DNA of 64,000 nucleotides from an uncultured Solirubrobacteraceae bacterium (lineage in GTDB: Bacteria; Actinomycetota; Thermoleophilia; Solirubrobacterales; Solirubrobacteraceae), in assembly GCA_963844205.1 (NCBI GenBank), contig CAWJNK010000017.1:31603-95602 (forward strand), read 5' to 3'. The notes under the pieces are model-generated. The model saw only the letters and a list, made by a program, of their open reading frames with translations. It was not told the origin of the DNA and ran no database searches. Made by a program: the position numbers and the translations under genes. This document shows, in pieces, positions 44,808 to 53,611 of the stretch (positions within the stretch are counted from its first letter, which is position 1; each line of letters opens with the position of its first letter).

Positions 44808-45981
44808 CGATCCACTCGGACCCGGGCGTGTCGCTCAGCCCGTGGACGATGATCGAGCAGAAGACGACGAGCGCGGCGAGGTTGAAGATCCGCTCGCCCT
44901 CGGCGATCGGCTGACCGAGCACGAGGATCGAGAACGTCATCGTGGCCACGCCCTTCGGGCCGAACCACGCCATGAAGGCCTTGGTCGCGGTGTCGATCCG
45001 CGTGCCCGCCAGTGCGATCCAGATCGCGATCGTGCGCGCCAGCAGCAGCGTGAAGGCGGCGATCGCCGCCGCCGCCCAGCCGTCGCCGAACAGGCCGCCG
45101 AACGTCAGCAGCGAGCCGAAGACAACGAAGATCCCGAGCTTGACGATCTCGACGATGTCGTCGGCCCGCTCCTCGAACTGGCGGCCGAGGTCGGGGCGGC
45201 GGATGCCGAGCGTGATCGCGCACACGAAGACGGCGATGAAGCCGTTTCCGTGGATCGGGTGGTCGGCGACCGTGACGCCGTAGGTGGCAAACGCGACGCC
45301 CAGCGCGTAGAGCGACTTGTGGTGGGCCGGGATGTCCTCCGCGCCGCGCGGCATCAGCCAGGACGCGAGGAGGCCGATGCCGATCCCGAACGCGAAGCCC
45401 AGCGTGACGTCCTGGAGCACGAACTCGTACCAGACGAAGTCGTCTTCCCCGGCCGCCAGCGCGGCGCTGAACGCGAGCACGGCGGGCAACGCGAGCCCGT
45501 CGTTCATCCCCGACTCGAGGTTGAGGGAGTGGCGGATGAGCCGCGGCACGCGCGGGTTGGTGACGACGCTCGAGGACAGTACCGGGTCGGTCGGCGACAG
45601 CAGCGCGCCGAGCAGGAACGACTCGGTCCACGTGAGGTCGGTGACGGCGTGCGCGACGGCCGCGATCAGCACGCAGGTGATCGGCATCGCCAGGACCAGC
45701 TTGCGCGCCGGCAGGCGCCACTCGCGCTGGAGCATCTCGGCCTCGACCTCGATGCCGTCGCGGAACAGGATCACGATCAGCGCGACGGTGGCGAGCTGGG
45801 CGACGAAGCCGGACTCCGCGTCGAGCTCCAGCACCTCGAGCCCGCCCTCGCCGAGTACGAACCCCGCGACGACGAACACCGCGGTCATCGACAGGAAGCT
45901 GCGGTGCGCGAGACCGGACGCGAGCGCGCCGACGATCAGCAGGGCGCCGAAGACGAGCGCCGAGACCTCGAACTGATCCAT
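44773..45981 (-). CDS. cation:proton antiporter (CPA1, NhaP-type Na+/H+ exchanger)
   Basis: 402 aa and polytopic, with LLGALLSPTDPV and ESGMNDGLALP blocks. The 3' end overlaps the hydrolase gene by 35 nt. Confidence 0.85.
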   Translation of the reverse strand: MDQFEVSALVFGALLIVGALASGLAHRSFLSMTAVFVVAGFVLGEGGLEVLELDAESGFVAQLATVALIVILFRDGIEVEAEMLQREWRLPARKLVLAMPITCVLIAAVAHAVTDLTWTESFLLGALLSPTDPVLSSSVVTNPRVPRLIRHSLNLESGMNDGLALPAVLAFSAALAAGEDDFVWYEFVLQDVTLGFAFGIGIGLLASWLMPRGAEDIPAHHKSLYALGVAFATYGVTVADHPIHGNGFIAVFVCAITLGIRRPDLGRQFEERADDIVEIVKLGIFVVFGSLLTFGGLFGDGWAAAAIAAFTLLLARTIAIWIALAGTRIDTATKAFMAWFGPKGVATMTFSILVLGQPIAEGERIFNLAALVVFCSIIVHGLSDTPGSEWIATRRGEPATRA

Positions 45982-46036
45982 CCCGGCCGGAAGGCTTCCA
46001 TAGGCCCCTGCGCCGCGTCGGGCGGGGGTTCGACAG

Positions 46037-47425
46037 CTAGGCGGCCCGCGGGGCCGGCGTGGCCGGCGCGTCGGCGGGCGTCGTGACCGTGAGCTCCCAG
46101 TCGGGCGTCTCGCGCCGCACGACCGCGACCAGCGCGTCGACGACGTCGGGCGCGAACTGCGTACCCGCGTGGGCCTGCAGCTCGGCGATCGCGACCTCGA
46201 GCGGGAACGCCTTGCGGTAGGAGCGGTCGGTGGTCATCGCGTTGAAGGCGTCGCACGCGGACACGATCCGCGCCGCGACCGGGATCGCCTCGCCGGCCAG
46301 GCCGTCCGGGTAGCCGGCGCCGTCCCAGCGCTCGTGCGAGGCCCGCACGACCACCCCGACGCTGGAGAGCAGGCCGCCGACCTGCTGCAGCATCCGCTCG
46401 CCCTCGACCGTGTGCGTGCGCATGATCGCCCACTCCTCGTCGTCGAGCGGGCCGGCCTTGTTGATGATCTCGTCGGGCACGGCGATCTTGCCGATGTCGT
46501 GCAGCAGGGCGCCCATCTCGGTCTCGCGCCGGACCTCCTCGCTGACCCCCATCTCGACCGCGACCTTGACCGACAGCTCGACGACGTCCTCGGTGTGGTG
46601 GCCGGTGTACTCGTCGTCCTCCTCGAGCAGGTCGCGCAGCAGCAGCGCCGTCCCCCGGTAGGCGCGCCCGAGCTCGAGGCTGCGCTCGATGCTGGCCTCC
46701 CGCTCGCGGCCGAAGCCGACCAGCAGCGGGACGAGCGCGAGCACGAGCAGCGCGCCGGCGGGAGCGTCGGCGGCGGCGATCGCGGCGAGCAGGCCGAGCG
46801 GGAACAGCAGCGAGTCGACACGCCGCGCGAGCCCCATCTCCCCCAGGGTCACGCGCATCGGCATCCCCACCACGGCGCGCATGCGCAGCGCGCAGTAGCC
46901 GCCGTCGAAGACATGCTGGGCCAGCAGCGCGAGCGCGTACGCGGGCAGGTGCGCCCAGGCCGGGAGCTGTGCCCCGGCAACGACGATGACCAGCGCCGGG
47001 CCGAGCGCGAAGAACGCGTCGCCCGCCAGGATCCCGCGGACCGGTGACGTGACGCCGCGGGCCATCGCCGGCACGGCGGCCAGGATGATCGCAGCGCTGA
47101 CCAGGAGCGGCACCAGCGGCGTCGGCAGCAGGAGCAGCATCGGCACAAAAACGAGCTGAGTGGGCACCATGTAGCCGCCGCCGGTCGAGAACTCGATGCT
47201 GTCGGCGACCGCGTAGCCGATCACGAACGCGACGGCGAGCGGGACCGAGAGCGCCCGGACGGGCTCCGCCAGCACCGCCAGGGCCACCGCGGCGGTTACG
47301 AACGAGGCCGTGAACGGCAGGAGCGCGAGTACCTCGCGGCGGTCCATCCTGCGCGTCCGGCGTTCGAGGGACTCTTCATGCCGCCGCTCGGTAGCGGCGT
47401 CCAGTTCGGCGGTAAGTGTGGACAT
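46037..47425 (-). CDS. HD-GYP domain membrane protein (putative c-di-GMP phosphodiesterase)
   Basis: The N-terminal half is polytopic. The C-terminal domain has GHHTEDV, LLHDIGK and HERWDGAGYPDGL. Confidence 0.85.
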   Translation of the reverse strand: MSTLTAELDAATERRHEESLERRTRRMDRREVLALLPFTASFVTAAVALAVLAEPVRALSVPLAVAFVIGYAVADSIEFSTGGGYMVPTQLVFVPMLLLLPTPLVPLLVSAAIILAAVPAMARGVTSPVRGILAGDAFFALGPALVIVVAGAQLPAWAHLPAYALALLAQHVFDGGYCALRMRAVVGMPMRVTLGEMGLARRVDSLLFPLGLLAAIAAADAPAGALLVLALVPLLVGFGREREASIERSLELGRAYRGTALLLRDLLEEDDEYTGHHTEDVVELSVKVAVEMGVSEEVRRETEMGALLHDIGKIAVPDEIINKAGPLDDEEWAIMRTHTVEGERMLQQVGGLLSSVGVVVRASHERWDGAGYPDGLAGEAIPVAARIVSACDAFNAMTTDRSYRKAFPLEVAIAELQAHAGTQFAPDVVDALVAVVRRETPDWELTVTTPADAPATPAPRAA

Positions 47426-47506
47426 CCGTTGTACCGAGGCGCGAAATCGACGTCTGTTGGATGTAGTCGGCGGCCCAGCGCCCCGACTTTAGGAGCAGGC
47501 AAGCCA

Positions 47507-48157
47507 ATGGAGGGCACCTTCTCGATGAACGGAATCATCCGCCGCGCAGCGCTCGCTGCCACCGCCGCGGTCGCTACCGCGGCGGTGTTTGCGGCGCCCG
47601 CAAGCGCCGGCATCCTCACCGCGTCCGCGTCCGATTGCGGCGACGAGACGCTGACCAAGCCGTTCGCGCAGTTCGGCGACTCCGCGAACTACAAGCTCGT
47701 GCGCAACGGCGCGTTCGAGACCGGCACGACCGGCTGGACGCTGACGGGCGGCGCCCGCGTGGTCACAGGCAACGAGCCGTGGAAGGTCGGCGGCTCAACT
47801 CACGCCAAGTCGCTGGTCCTGCCGGCCGGCAGCAGCGCGATCTCGCCGGTCAGCTGCGTCGGCCTCGGGGAGCCGACCCTGCGGTTCTTCGCCAAGAAGA
47901 ACCGCGCGGTGCTGCTCGGGATCTCGACGCTCACGGTCACCGTCTACGTCAAGACCTCACTCGGCCTCACCGTGCCGGTGCCGGTCGGCGCCGTGCTCAA
48001 CAGCGGCCAGTGGAAGCCGACGCCGCAGCTGCTGATCGTCGCCAACCTGCTGCCGCTGTTCCCGGGCGACCGGACGCCCGTGGCGTTCCAGTTCACCCCG
48101 GTGCTCGGGGACTGGCAGATGGACGATCTCTACGTCGACCCCTGGAGGGGTCGGTAG
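47507..48157 (+). CDS. secreted hypothetical protein (CBM/galactose-binding-like beta-sandwich?)
   Basis: ATG at 47507 with AGGAG upstream. The signal peptide is RRAALAATAAVATAAVFAAPASA, followed by NGAFETGTTGWTLTGGA, which is typical of CBM4/9-like modules. Confidence 0.6.
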   Translation: MEGTFSMNGIIRRAALAATAAVATAAVFAAPASAGILTASASDCGDETLTKPFAQFGDSANYKLVRNGAFETGTTGWTLTGGARVVTGNEPWKVGGSTHAKSLVLPAGSSAISPVSCVGLGEPTLRFFAKKNRAVLLGISTLTVTVYVKTSLGLTVPVPVGAVLNSGQWKPTPQLLIVANLLPLFPGDRTPVAFQFTPVLGDWQMDDLYVDPWRGR

Positions 48158-48163
48158 GAACGC

Positions 48164-48538
48164 TCAGCGCGCGCGGAGCTTCCGGCTCCGCGTGCGCTCC
48201 TCCTGCTTCTCGACGACGCTCGCGATCAGCCGGAGGATCTCGGCGGGCCCGGTCGCCCGCACGGTGCCGGACTCGAAGGCCTCGCGCCAGTGCCGGATAG
48301 TGCCCTCGCGTGCCAGCTCGTTGAAGTGGCTGCGCGGCACCGACAGCCGCACCTTGGCGTCGGAGGCGATGTCCTTGGTGATCTTCGGCCCCGGGACCTC
48401 GACCCGGAAGAGCTGGATGTCACCGCGGCCGCGGAGCTCGAGCTCGACCACGAGCTTGAGCTTGGTCAGCGCCGGGACCTGCCGCTGGAAGTTGTCGATT
48501 CCCTCCTCGATGAGGGCCTTGGTGTCCGCGGTGGACAT
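48164..48538 (-). CDS. SCP2 sterol-binding-domain-like protein
   Basis: 124 aa. The pattern VVELELRGRGDIQLFRVEV...KVRLSVPRSHFNELARE...AFESGTVRATGP fits the SCP2 fold. Confidence 0.6.
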   Translation of the reverse strand: MSTADTKALIEEGIDNFQRQVPALTKLKLVVELELRGRGDIQLFRVEVPGPKITKDIASDAKVRLSVPRSHFNELAREGTIRHWREAFESGTVRATGPAEILRLIASVVEKQEERTRSRKLRAR

Positions 48539-48598
48539 GTGCGCTGATGTTACAAGCTCGTTGGACGGGCGAGACCCGCATCAGTACCGTCCCGCTCG

Positions 48599-49312
48599 AT
48601 GCAGGCTCTCTCCCCTGCCGTCGCGGCGGTGTTCGAGCCGGTCCAGACGGCGACGACCCTCGAGGAGACGGTCGAGCGCCTCGGCACGGCGATCCGGCTC
48701 GGGCTTCTCGCGCCCGGTGACCGGCTGCCGCCCGAGCGGGACCTCGCCGACCAGCTCGGCATCGCGCGCTCGACACTCCGCCAGGCGCTCACCTCGCTGA
48801 CCGAGAGCGGCCACCTGGTCGCGATGCGCGGCCGCGGCGGCGGCACGTTCGTCTCCCAGGCGCCGCCGCTGGCCGAGGCCAAGCGGGTCGACCTGGGCGC
48901 CGGCCACTGGCGCGACGTGCTCGACTACCGCATCGCCGTCGAGGTCGGGACCGTCGTCATCGCGGCGGAGCGCCGGCGGCCCGAGGATCTCGCGCGGCTG
49001 CGCGAGCACGTCGAGTCCATGCATGACGTGACCGACTTCCCGGCCTACCGCCGCTCCGACGTGTTCTTCCACCTCGGCCTCGCGGAGGCGGCGCAGTCGG
49101 CGCGGCTGCTCGCGGCGATGACCGAGGTGCAGGGCCAGATGAGCGAGCTGATCGGCCACATCGCGCACCCGGCGCCGGTGCTCTCGCGCTCGAACGACCA
49201 GCACGCACAGCTGGTCGGGCTGCTCGACCGCCGCGACGGGTTCGGCGCCGCCCGGCTCGTGCGCGAGCACCTGAAGGGCACCGAGCAGGTGCTCGCAGGG
49301 CTCATGCCCTGA
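48599..49312 (+). CDS. GntR-family (FadR/FCD-type) transcriptional regulator
   Basis: wHTH (LPPERDLADQLGIARSTLRQALTSLTESGHL) plus a C-terminal FCD helical domain. Confidence 0.85.
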   Translation: MQALSPAVAAVFEPVQTATTLEETVERLGTAIRLGLLAPGDRLPPERDLADQLGIARSTLRQALTSLTESGHLVAMRGRGGGTFVSQAPPLAEAKRVDLGAGHWRDVLDYRIAVEVGTVVIAAERRRPEDLARLREHVESMHDVTDFPAYRRSDVFFHLGLAEAAQSARLLAAMTEVQGQMSELIGHIAHPAPVLSRSNDQHAQLVGLLDRRDGFGAARLVREHLKGTEQVLAGLMP

Positions 49313-49345
49313 CCACCCGCGGAAGCTGTAGATTTCCGCAAAGGT

Positions 49346-50062
49346 TTGGCCAAGAGACCTTTGATCGGCATGTGTACGGCGCTCGAGCGGGCGCGGTACG
49401 GGGTCTGGGACGCGAACGTGTTCCTGCTCCAGCGCGCCTACGTCGAGGCCGTCCAGCGCGCGGGGGGCGTGGTCCTGATGCTCCCGCCCGACCCCGACGT
49501 CGATCCCGACCAGCTCCTCGACGCGATCGACGGCCTGATCCTCGCGGGCGGCCGCGACATCGATCCCGACACGTACGGCGCCGACCCCCACCCGGAGACC
49601 GACGAGCCGGCCGCCGAGCGGGACGAGTTCGAGATCCGTCTCGCACGACGTGCACTGGAGCGGGACATCCCGCTGCTCGGCATCTGCCGCGGCATGCAGC
49701 TCATGAACGTCGCCCGCGGCGGCACGCTCGTGCAGGACCTCCCCGAGCACGTGGGCCACGAGGACCACCGCCGGAGCCTCGGGACGTTCGACGGTAACGA
49801 CCACCCGGTCCACCTCGCCGACGGCTCGCTCGCCGCGCGCGCCGCCGGCGAGGTCCGGCACGGCACGCTGTCACACCACCACCAGGGGATCGACCGCGTC
49901 GGCGACGGCTTCACGGTCACCGGCTGGGCCGACGACGACGAAGTGCCCGAGGCGCTGGAGGACCCGTCGCTGCGGTTCGCGCTCGGCGTCCAGTGGCATC
50001 CCGAGGCCGACGAGGAGTCCCGGATCATCGCGGCGCTCGTGGAGGAGGCACGCAAGGCGTGA
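49346..50062 (+). CDS. gamma-glutamyl-amide hydrolase (peptidase C26 / class I glutamine amidotransferase, PuuD-like)
   Basis: GLILAGGRDIDP, GICRGMQLMN (nucleophile Cys) and GVQWHPE blocks are present. TTG start from the ORF track. Confidence 0.85.
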   Translation: MAKRPLIGMCTALERARYGVWDANVFLLQRAYVEAVQRAGGVVLMLPPDPDVDPDQLLDAIDGLILAGGRDIDPDTYGADPHPETDEPAAERDEFEIRLARRALERDIPLLGICRGMQLMNVARGGTLVQDLPEHVGHEDHRRSLGTFDGNDHPVHLADGSLAARAAGEVRHGTLSHHHQGIDRVGDGFTVTGWADDDEVPEALEDPSLRFALGVQWHPEADEESRIIAALVEEARKA

Positions 50063-50064
50063 CC

Positions 50065-51375
50065 ATGCGACTGGACGACCTGCGCGGCGAGGTCGAGCGC
50101 GGCGCCGTCGACACTGTGCTGCTGGGCTTCACGGACATGCAGGGGCGGCTGCAGGGCAAGCGCCTCACCGGGGAGTTCTTCCTCGACTCGGTGGCCGACC
50201 ACGGCGCGGAGGCCTGCAACTACCTGCTGGCGGTGGACGTCGACATGAACACGGTCGGCGGCTACGCGATGTCGTCGTGGGAGCGCGGCTACGGCGACTT
50301 CGAGATGCGGCCCGACCTCGACACGCTCGCTCCGGTCCCGTGGCACGAGGGCACGGCGATGTGCCTTGCCGACCTCGCGTGGGCGGACGGCAGCCCGGTC
50401 GTCGCGTCGCCGCGGCAGATCCTGCGCCGCCAGATCGAGCGGCTCGCCGAGCGCGGGCTCGAGGCCTTCGCCGGGACCGAGCTCGAGTTCATGGTCTTCC
50501 GCAACACGTACGAGGAGGCGTGGAACAAGGCCTACCGCGACCTCGAGCCCGCCAACTACTACAACGTCGACTACTCGATGATCGGGACGGCGCGCGTGGA
50601 GCCGCTCCTGCGCCGCATCCGCAACTCGATGGCCGGCGCCGGCATGAAGGTCGAGAACGCCAAGGGCGAGTGCAACTTCGGCCAGCACGAGATCAACTTC
50701 CTCTACGGGCCGGTGCTGCAGACGGCCGACCACCACTCGATCTACAAGACCGGCGCCAAGGAGATCGCGCACCAGGAGGGCATGGCGATCACCTTCATGG
50801 CCAAGTTCGACGAGCGCGAGGGCAACTCGTGCCACATCCACCTGTCGATCCGCGACGCGGACGGCAGCGCGCGGTTCGACGAGTCGTTCGTCGCCGGCCA
50901 ACTCGCGTGCATGCCGGAGCTGACGCTGTTCTACGGGCCGAACGTCAACTCCTACAAGCGCTTCGTCGAGGGCTCGTTCGCGCCGACCGCGGTCGCCTGG
51001 GGCTACGACAACCGGACGTGCTCGCTGCGCGTCGTCGGGCACGGCCCGTCCAAGCGGATCGAGCTGCGGCTCCCGGGCGCGGACGTGAACCCGTACCTCG
51101 CGCTGAGCGCGATGATCGCCGCCGGCCTGCACGGGATCGAAAACGGGCTCGAGCTCGAGCCGCCGTACGACGGCAACGCCTACACGTCCGACAAGCCGCG
51201 CGTCCCGGCCACGCTGCGCGACGCCCGGGACCTGTTCGGCGCCAGCGCGGTCGCGCGCCAGGCGCTCGGCCAGGAGGTCGTCGACCACTACCTCAACCAC
51301 GCGCAGGTCGAGCTCGACGCGTTCGACCGCGCGGTCACCGACTGGGAGCGCTTCCGTGGCTTCGAGCGTCTCTAG
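50065..51375 (+). CDS. glutamine synthetase-family gamma-glutamyl-amine ligase (GlnA3/GlnA4/PuuA-like)
   Basis: The ATG at 50065 lies inside ORF 49993..51375. Blocks are GTELEFMVF, ENAKGECNFGQHEINF, FMAKFDEREGNSCHIHLS and NRTCSLRV. Confidence 0.9.
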   Translation: MRLDDLRGEVERGAVDTVLLGFTDMQGRLQGKRLTGEFFLDSVADHGAEACNYLLAVDVDMNTVGGYAMSSWERGYGDFEMRPDLDTLAPVPWHEGTAMCLADLAWADGSPVVASPRQILRRQIERLAERGLEAFAGTELEFMVFRNTYEEAWNKAYRDLEPANYYNVDYSMIGTARVEPLLRRIRNSMAGAGMKVENAKGECNFGQHEINFLYGPVLQTADHHSIYKTGAKEIAHQEGMAITFMAKFDEREGNSCHIHLSIRDADGSARFDESFVAGQLACMPELTLFYGPNVNSYKRFVEGSFAPTAVAWGYDNRTCSLRVVGHGPSKRIELRLPGADVNPYLALSAMIAAGLHGIENGLELEPPYDGNAYTSDKPRVPATLRDARDLFGASAVARQALGQEVVDHYLNHAQVELDAFDRAVTDWERFRGFERL

Positions 51376-52739
51376 CGCCACCCTCACCGTGCTCGAGCCG
51401 GCGACCGAGGAGGTCCTCGCCGAGCTCCCGCGCGCCGGCGCCGAGGAAGCCGACGCCGCGGTGGCCCGGGCGCGCGCCGCCTACCCGGCGTGGCGGGCGG
51501 TGTCGCCGCCCGACCGCGCGCGGCTGCTGCACCGGCTCGCCGACGCGCTGAGCGAGCGGCAGGAGGAGCTCGCCGTGCTCGAGGCGCGCAACGCCGGCAA
51601 GCCGATCGGCGATGCGCGCGGCGAGATGGGCATGGTGGCAGACACGTTCCGGTACTACGCGGCCGCGCCGGAGCGCGACGCTCGGGGACACGATCCCGGT
51701 CGCGGGCGGCGTGGCGATGACGTTCCGCGAGCCGCTCGGCGTCGTGGCGCTGATCACGCCGTGGAACTTCCCGCTCACGATCGCGTCGTGGAAGCTCGCG
51801 CCCGCGCTCGCCGCCGGGAACACGGTGGTGCTGAAGCCGGCCGAGCTCACGCCGCTGACCGCGCTCGAGTTCGAGCGGATCGCGCTGGAGACCGGCCTCC
51901 CCGAGGGCGTGGTCAACGTGGTGGTCGGGCCCGGCTCGACGGCGGGCGCGCGGCTGGTCGAGCACCCCGACGTCGCCAAGGTCGCGTTCACCGGCTCGAC
52001 CGAGGTCGGCCGCAAGATCGCGGCCGGCGCCGCCGAGACGATCAAGCGCGTGACGCTCGAGCTCGGCGGCAAGTCGGCCAACGTGGTCTTCGCCGACGCC
52101 GACATCGCGGCCGCCGCGGCCGCAGCGCCGGGAGCGGTGTTCGGCAACGCGGGCCAGGACTGCTGCGCGCGGTCGCGGATCCTGGTCGAGCGCTCGGCGC
52201 TCGACTCGTTCATGGACGCGCTCGAGGAGGCGGTGGAGGCGCTGCGAGTGGGCGACCCGCTCGACGAGGCGACCGAGATGGGGCCGCTGATCTCGGCCGG
52301 CCAGCGCGAGACCGTCGCCTCGTTCGTGCCCGACGACGCGCCGGTGGCGATCCGCGGCAGCTCGCCGGACGGGCCTGGTTACTGGTTCCCGCCCACCGTC
52401 CTGTGCCCGGTGGACCCATCGGATCGGGCCGTGCGCGAGGAGATCTTCGGACCGGTCGCGGTGGTAATGCCGTTCCGCGACGAGGAGGAGGCCGTGGCGC
52501 TGGCCAACGACACGATCTACGGCCTCTCGGGCTCCGTCTGGACCCGCGACGGCGCGAAGGCGCTGCGGATGGCGCGGGCGATCGAGACCGGCGTCCTGTC
52601 GATCAATGCGAACACGTCGGTGCGGGTGTCGACCCCGTTCGGCGGCTTCAAGCAGTCCGGCTACGGCCGCGAGCTGGGGCCGCACGCGCTCGACCACTAC
52701 ACCGAAGAGAAGACCATCTACTACGAGACCAGGACATGA
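51356..52739 (+). pseudogene. aldehyde dehydrogenase (PuuC-like) interrupted by an apparent +1 frameshift near 51677-51686
   Basis: The N-terminal 107 aa of an ALDH (…NAGKPIGDARGEMGMVADTFRYYAAAPER) are in the frame of ORF 51356. The rest (LGDTIPVAGGVAMTFREPLGVVALITPWNFP…ELGGKS…GQDCCA…EEIFGPV…) is in the frame of ORF 51612..52739. Neither frame alone gives a complete ALDH. Confidence 0.8.
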
Positions 52740-52788
52740 CGCCTACCCGGGACGACGCCCCTGACGGGGCGGTCTACTACGCCACGTC

Positions 52789-53535
52789 ATGAGCCGCCTC
52801 GACGGAAAGGTGTGCGTCGTCACCGGCGCGGCGAGCGGCATCGGGGCCGAGACGGCGGCGTTGTTCCGCGCCGAGGGCGCCCGCATCGTAGGGGTCGACC
52901 TGCGCGACGACTCGCCCGGCGTGGACCTGGCGCTGGCCTGCGACGTCGCGGACGAGGACGCGGTGCGCGAGATGTACGCGCGCGCACGCGAGGCGCTCGG
53001 GCGGATCGACGTGCTCTTCAACAACGCGGGCATCTCGCCCAACGACGACGGTTCCGTCCTGGATACCGCGTTGGACGCCTGGCAGCGGGTGCAGGACGTG
53101 AACACCAGGTCGGTGTTCCTGTGCTGCAAGCACGGCATCCCCCACCTGCTCGAGAGCGGCGGCGGCTCGGTCATCAACACGGCGTCGTTCGTGGCGGTGA
53201 TGGGCGCGGCGACCTCGCAGATCTCGTATACGGCGTCGAAAGGCGCGGTGCTGGCGATGTCGCGCGAGTTGGGTGTCCAGTTCGCGCGCCAGGGCGTGCG
53301 CGTCAACGCGCTCTGCCCCGGCCCGGTCAACACGCCGCTGCTGCAGGAGCTGTTCGCCAAGGACCCCGAGAAGGCGGCGCGGCGGCTCGTGCACCTGCCG
53401 ATGGGTCGCTTCGCGGAGGCGCGCGAGATCGCCAACGCGGCGCTGTTCCTGGCTTCGGACGAGTCGAGCTACGTCAACGCGGCGACGTTCCTGGTCGACG
53501 GTGGGCTGTCGGGGGCGTATGTCACGCCGGAGTAA
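52789..53535 (+). CDS. SDR-family oxidoreductase
   Basis: VTGAASGIG, NNAG and YTASKGAV (YxxxK) motifs. 248 aa. Confidence 0.9.
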   Translation: MSRLDGKVCVVTGAASGIGAETAALFRAEGARIVGVDLRDDSPGVDLALACDVADEDAVREMYARAREALGRIDVLFNNAGISPNDDGSVLDTALDAWQRVQDVNTRSVFLCCKHGIPHLLESGGGSVINTASFVAVMGAATSQISYTASKGAVLAMSRELGVQFARQGVRVNALCPGPVNTPLLQELFAKDPEKAARRLVHLPMGRFAEAREIANAALFLASDESSYVNAATFLVDGGLSGAYVTPE

Positions 53536-53611
53536 TGCTCAGGTTTCTCGAATCTTGACGTCTGTCCTCCCCGGATGAGATTGTGCGGACCAGTACAACA
53601 AGGAGGGTCAC

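Noticed and set aside
51356-52792. Reading the 478-aa ORF as an intact aldehyde dehydrogenase
   Set aside because: Only its first ~107 residues look like an ALDH. After about 51677 the translation becomes Arg/Gly-rich nonsense, while the +1 frame carries every downstream ALDH motif.
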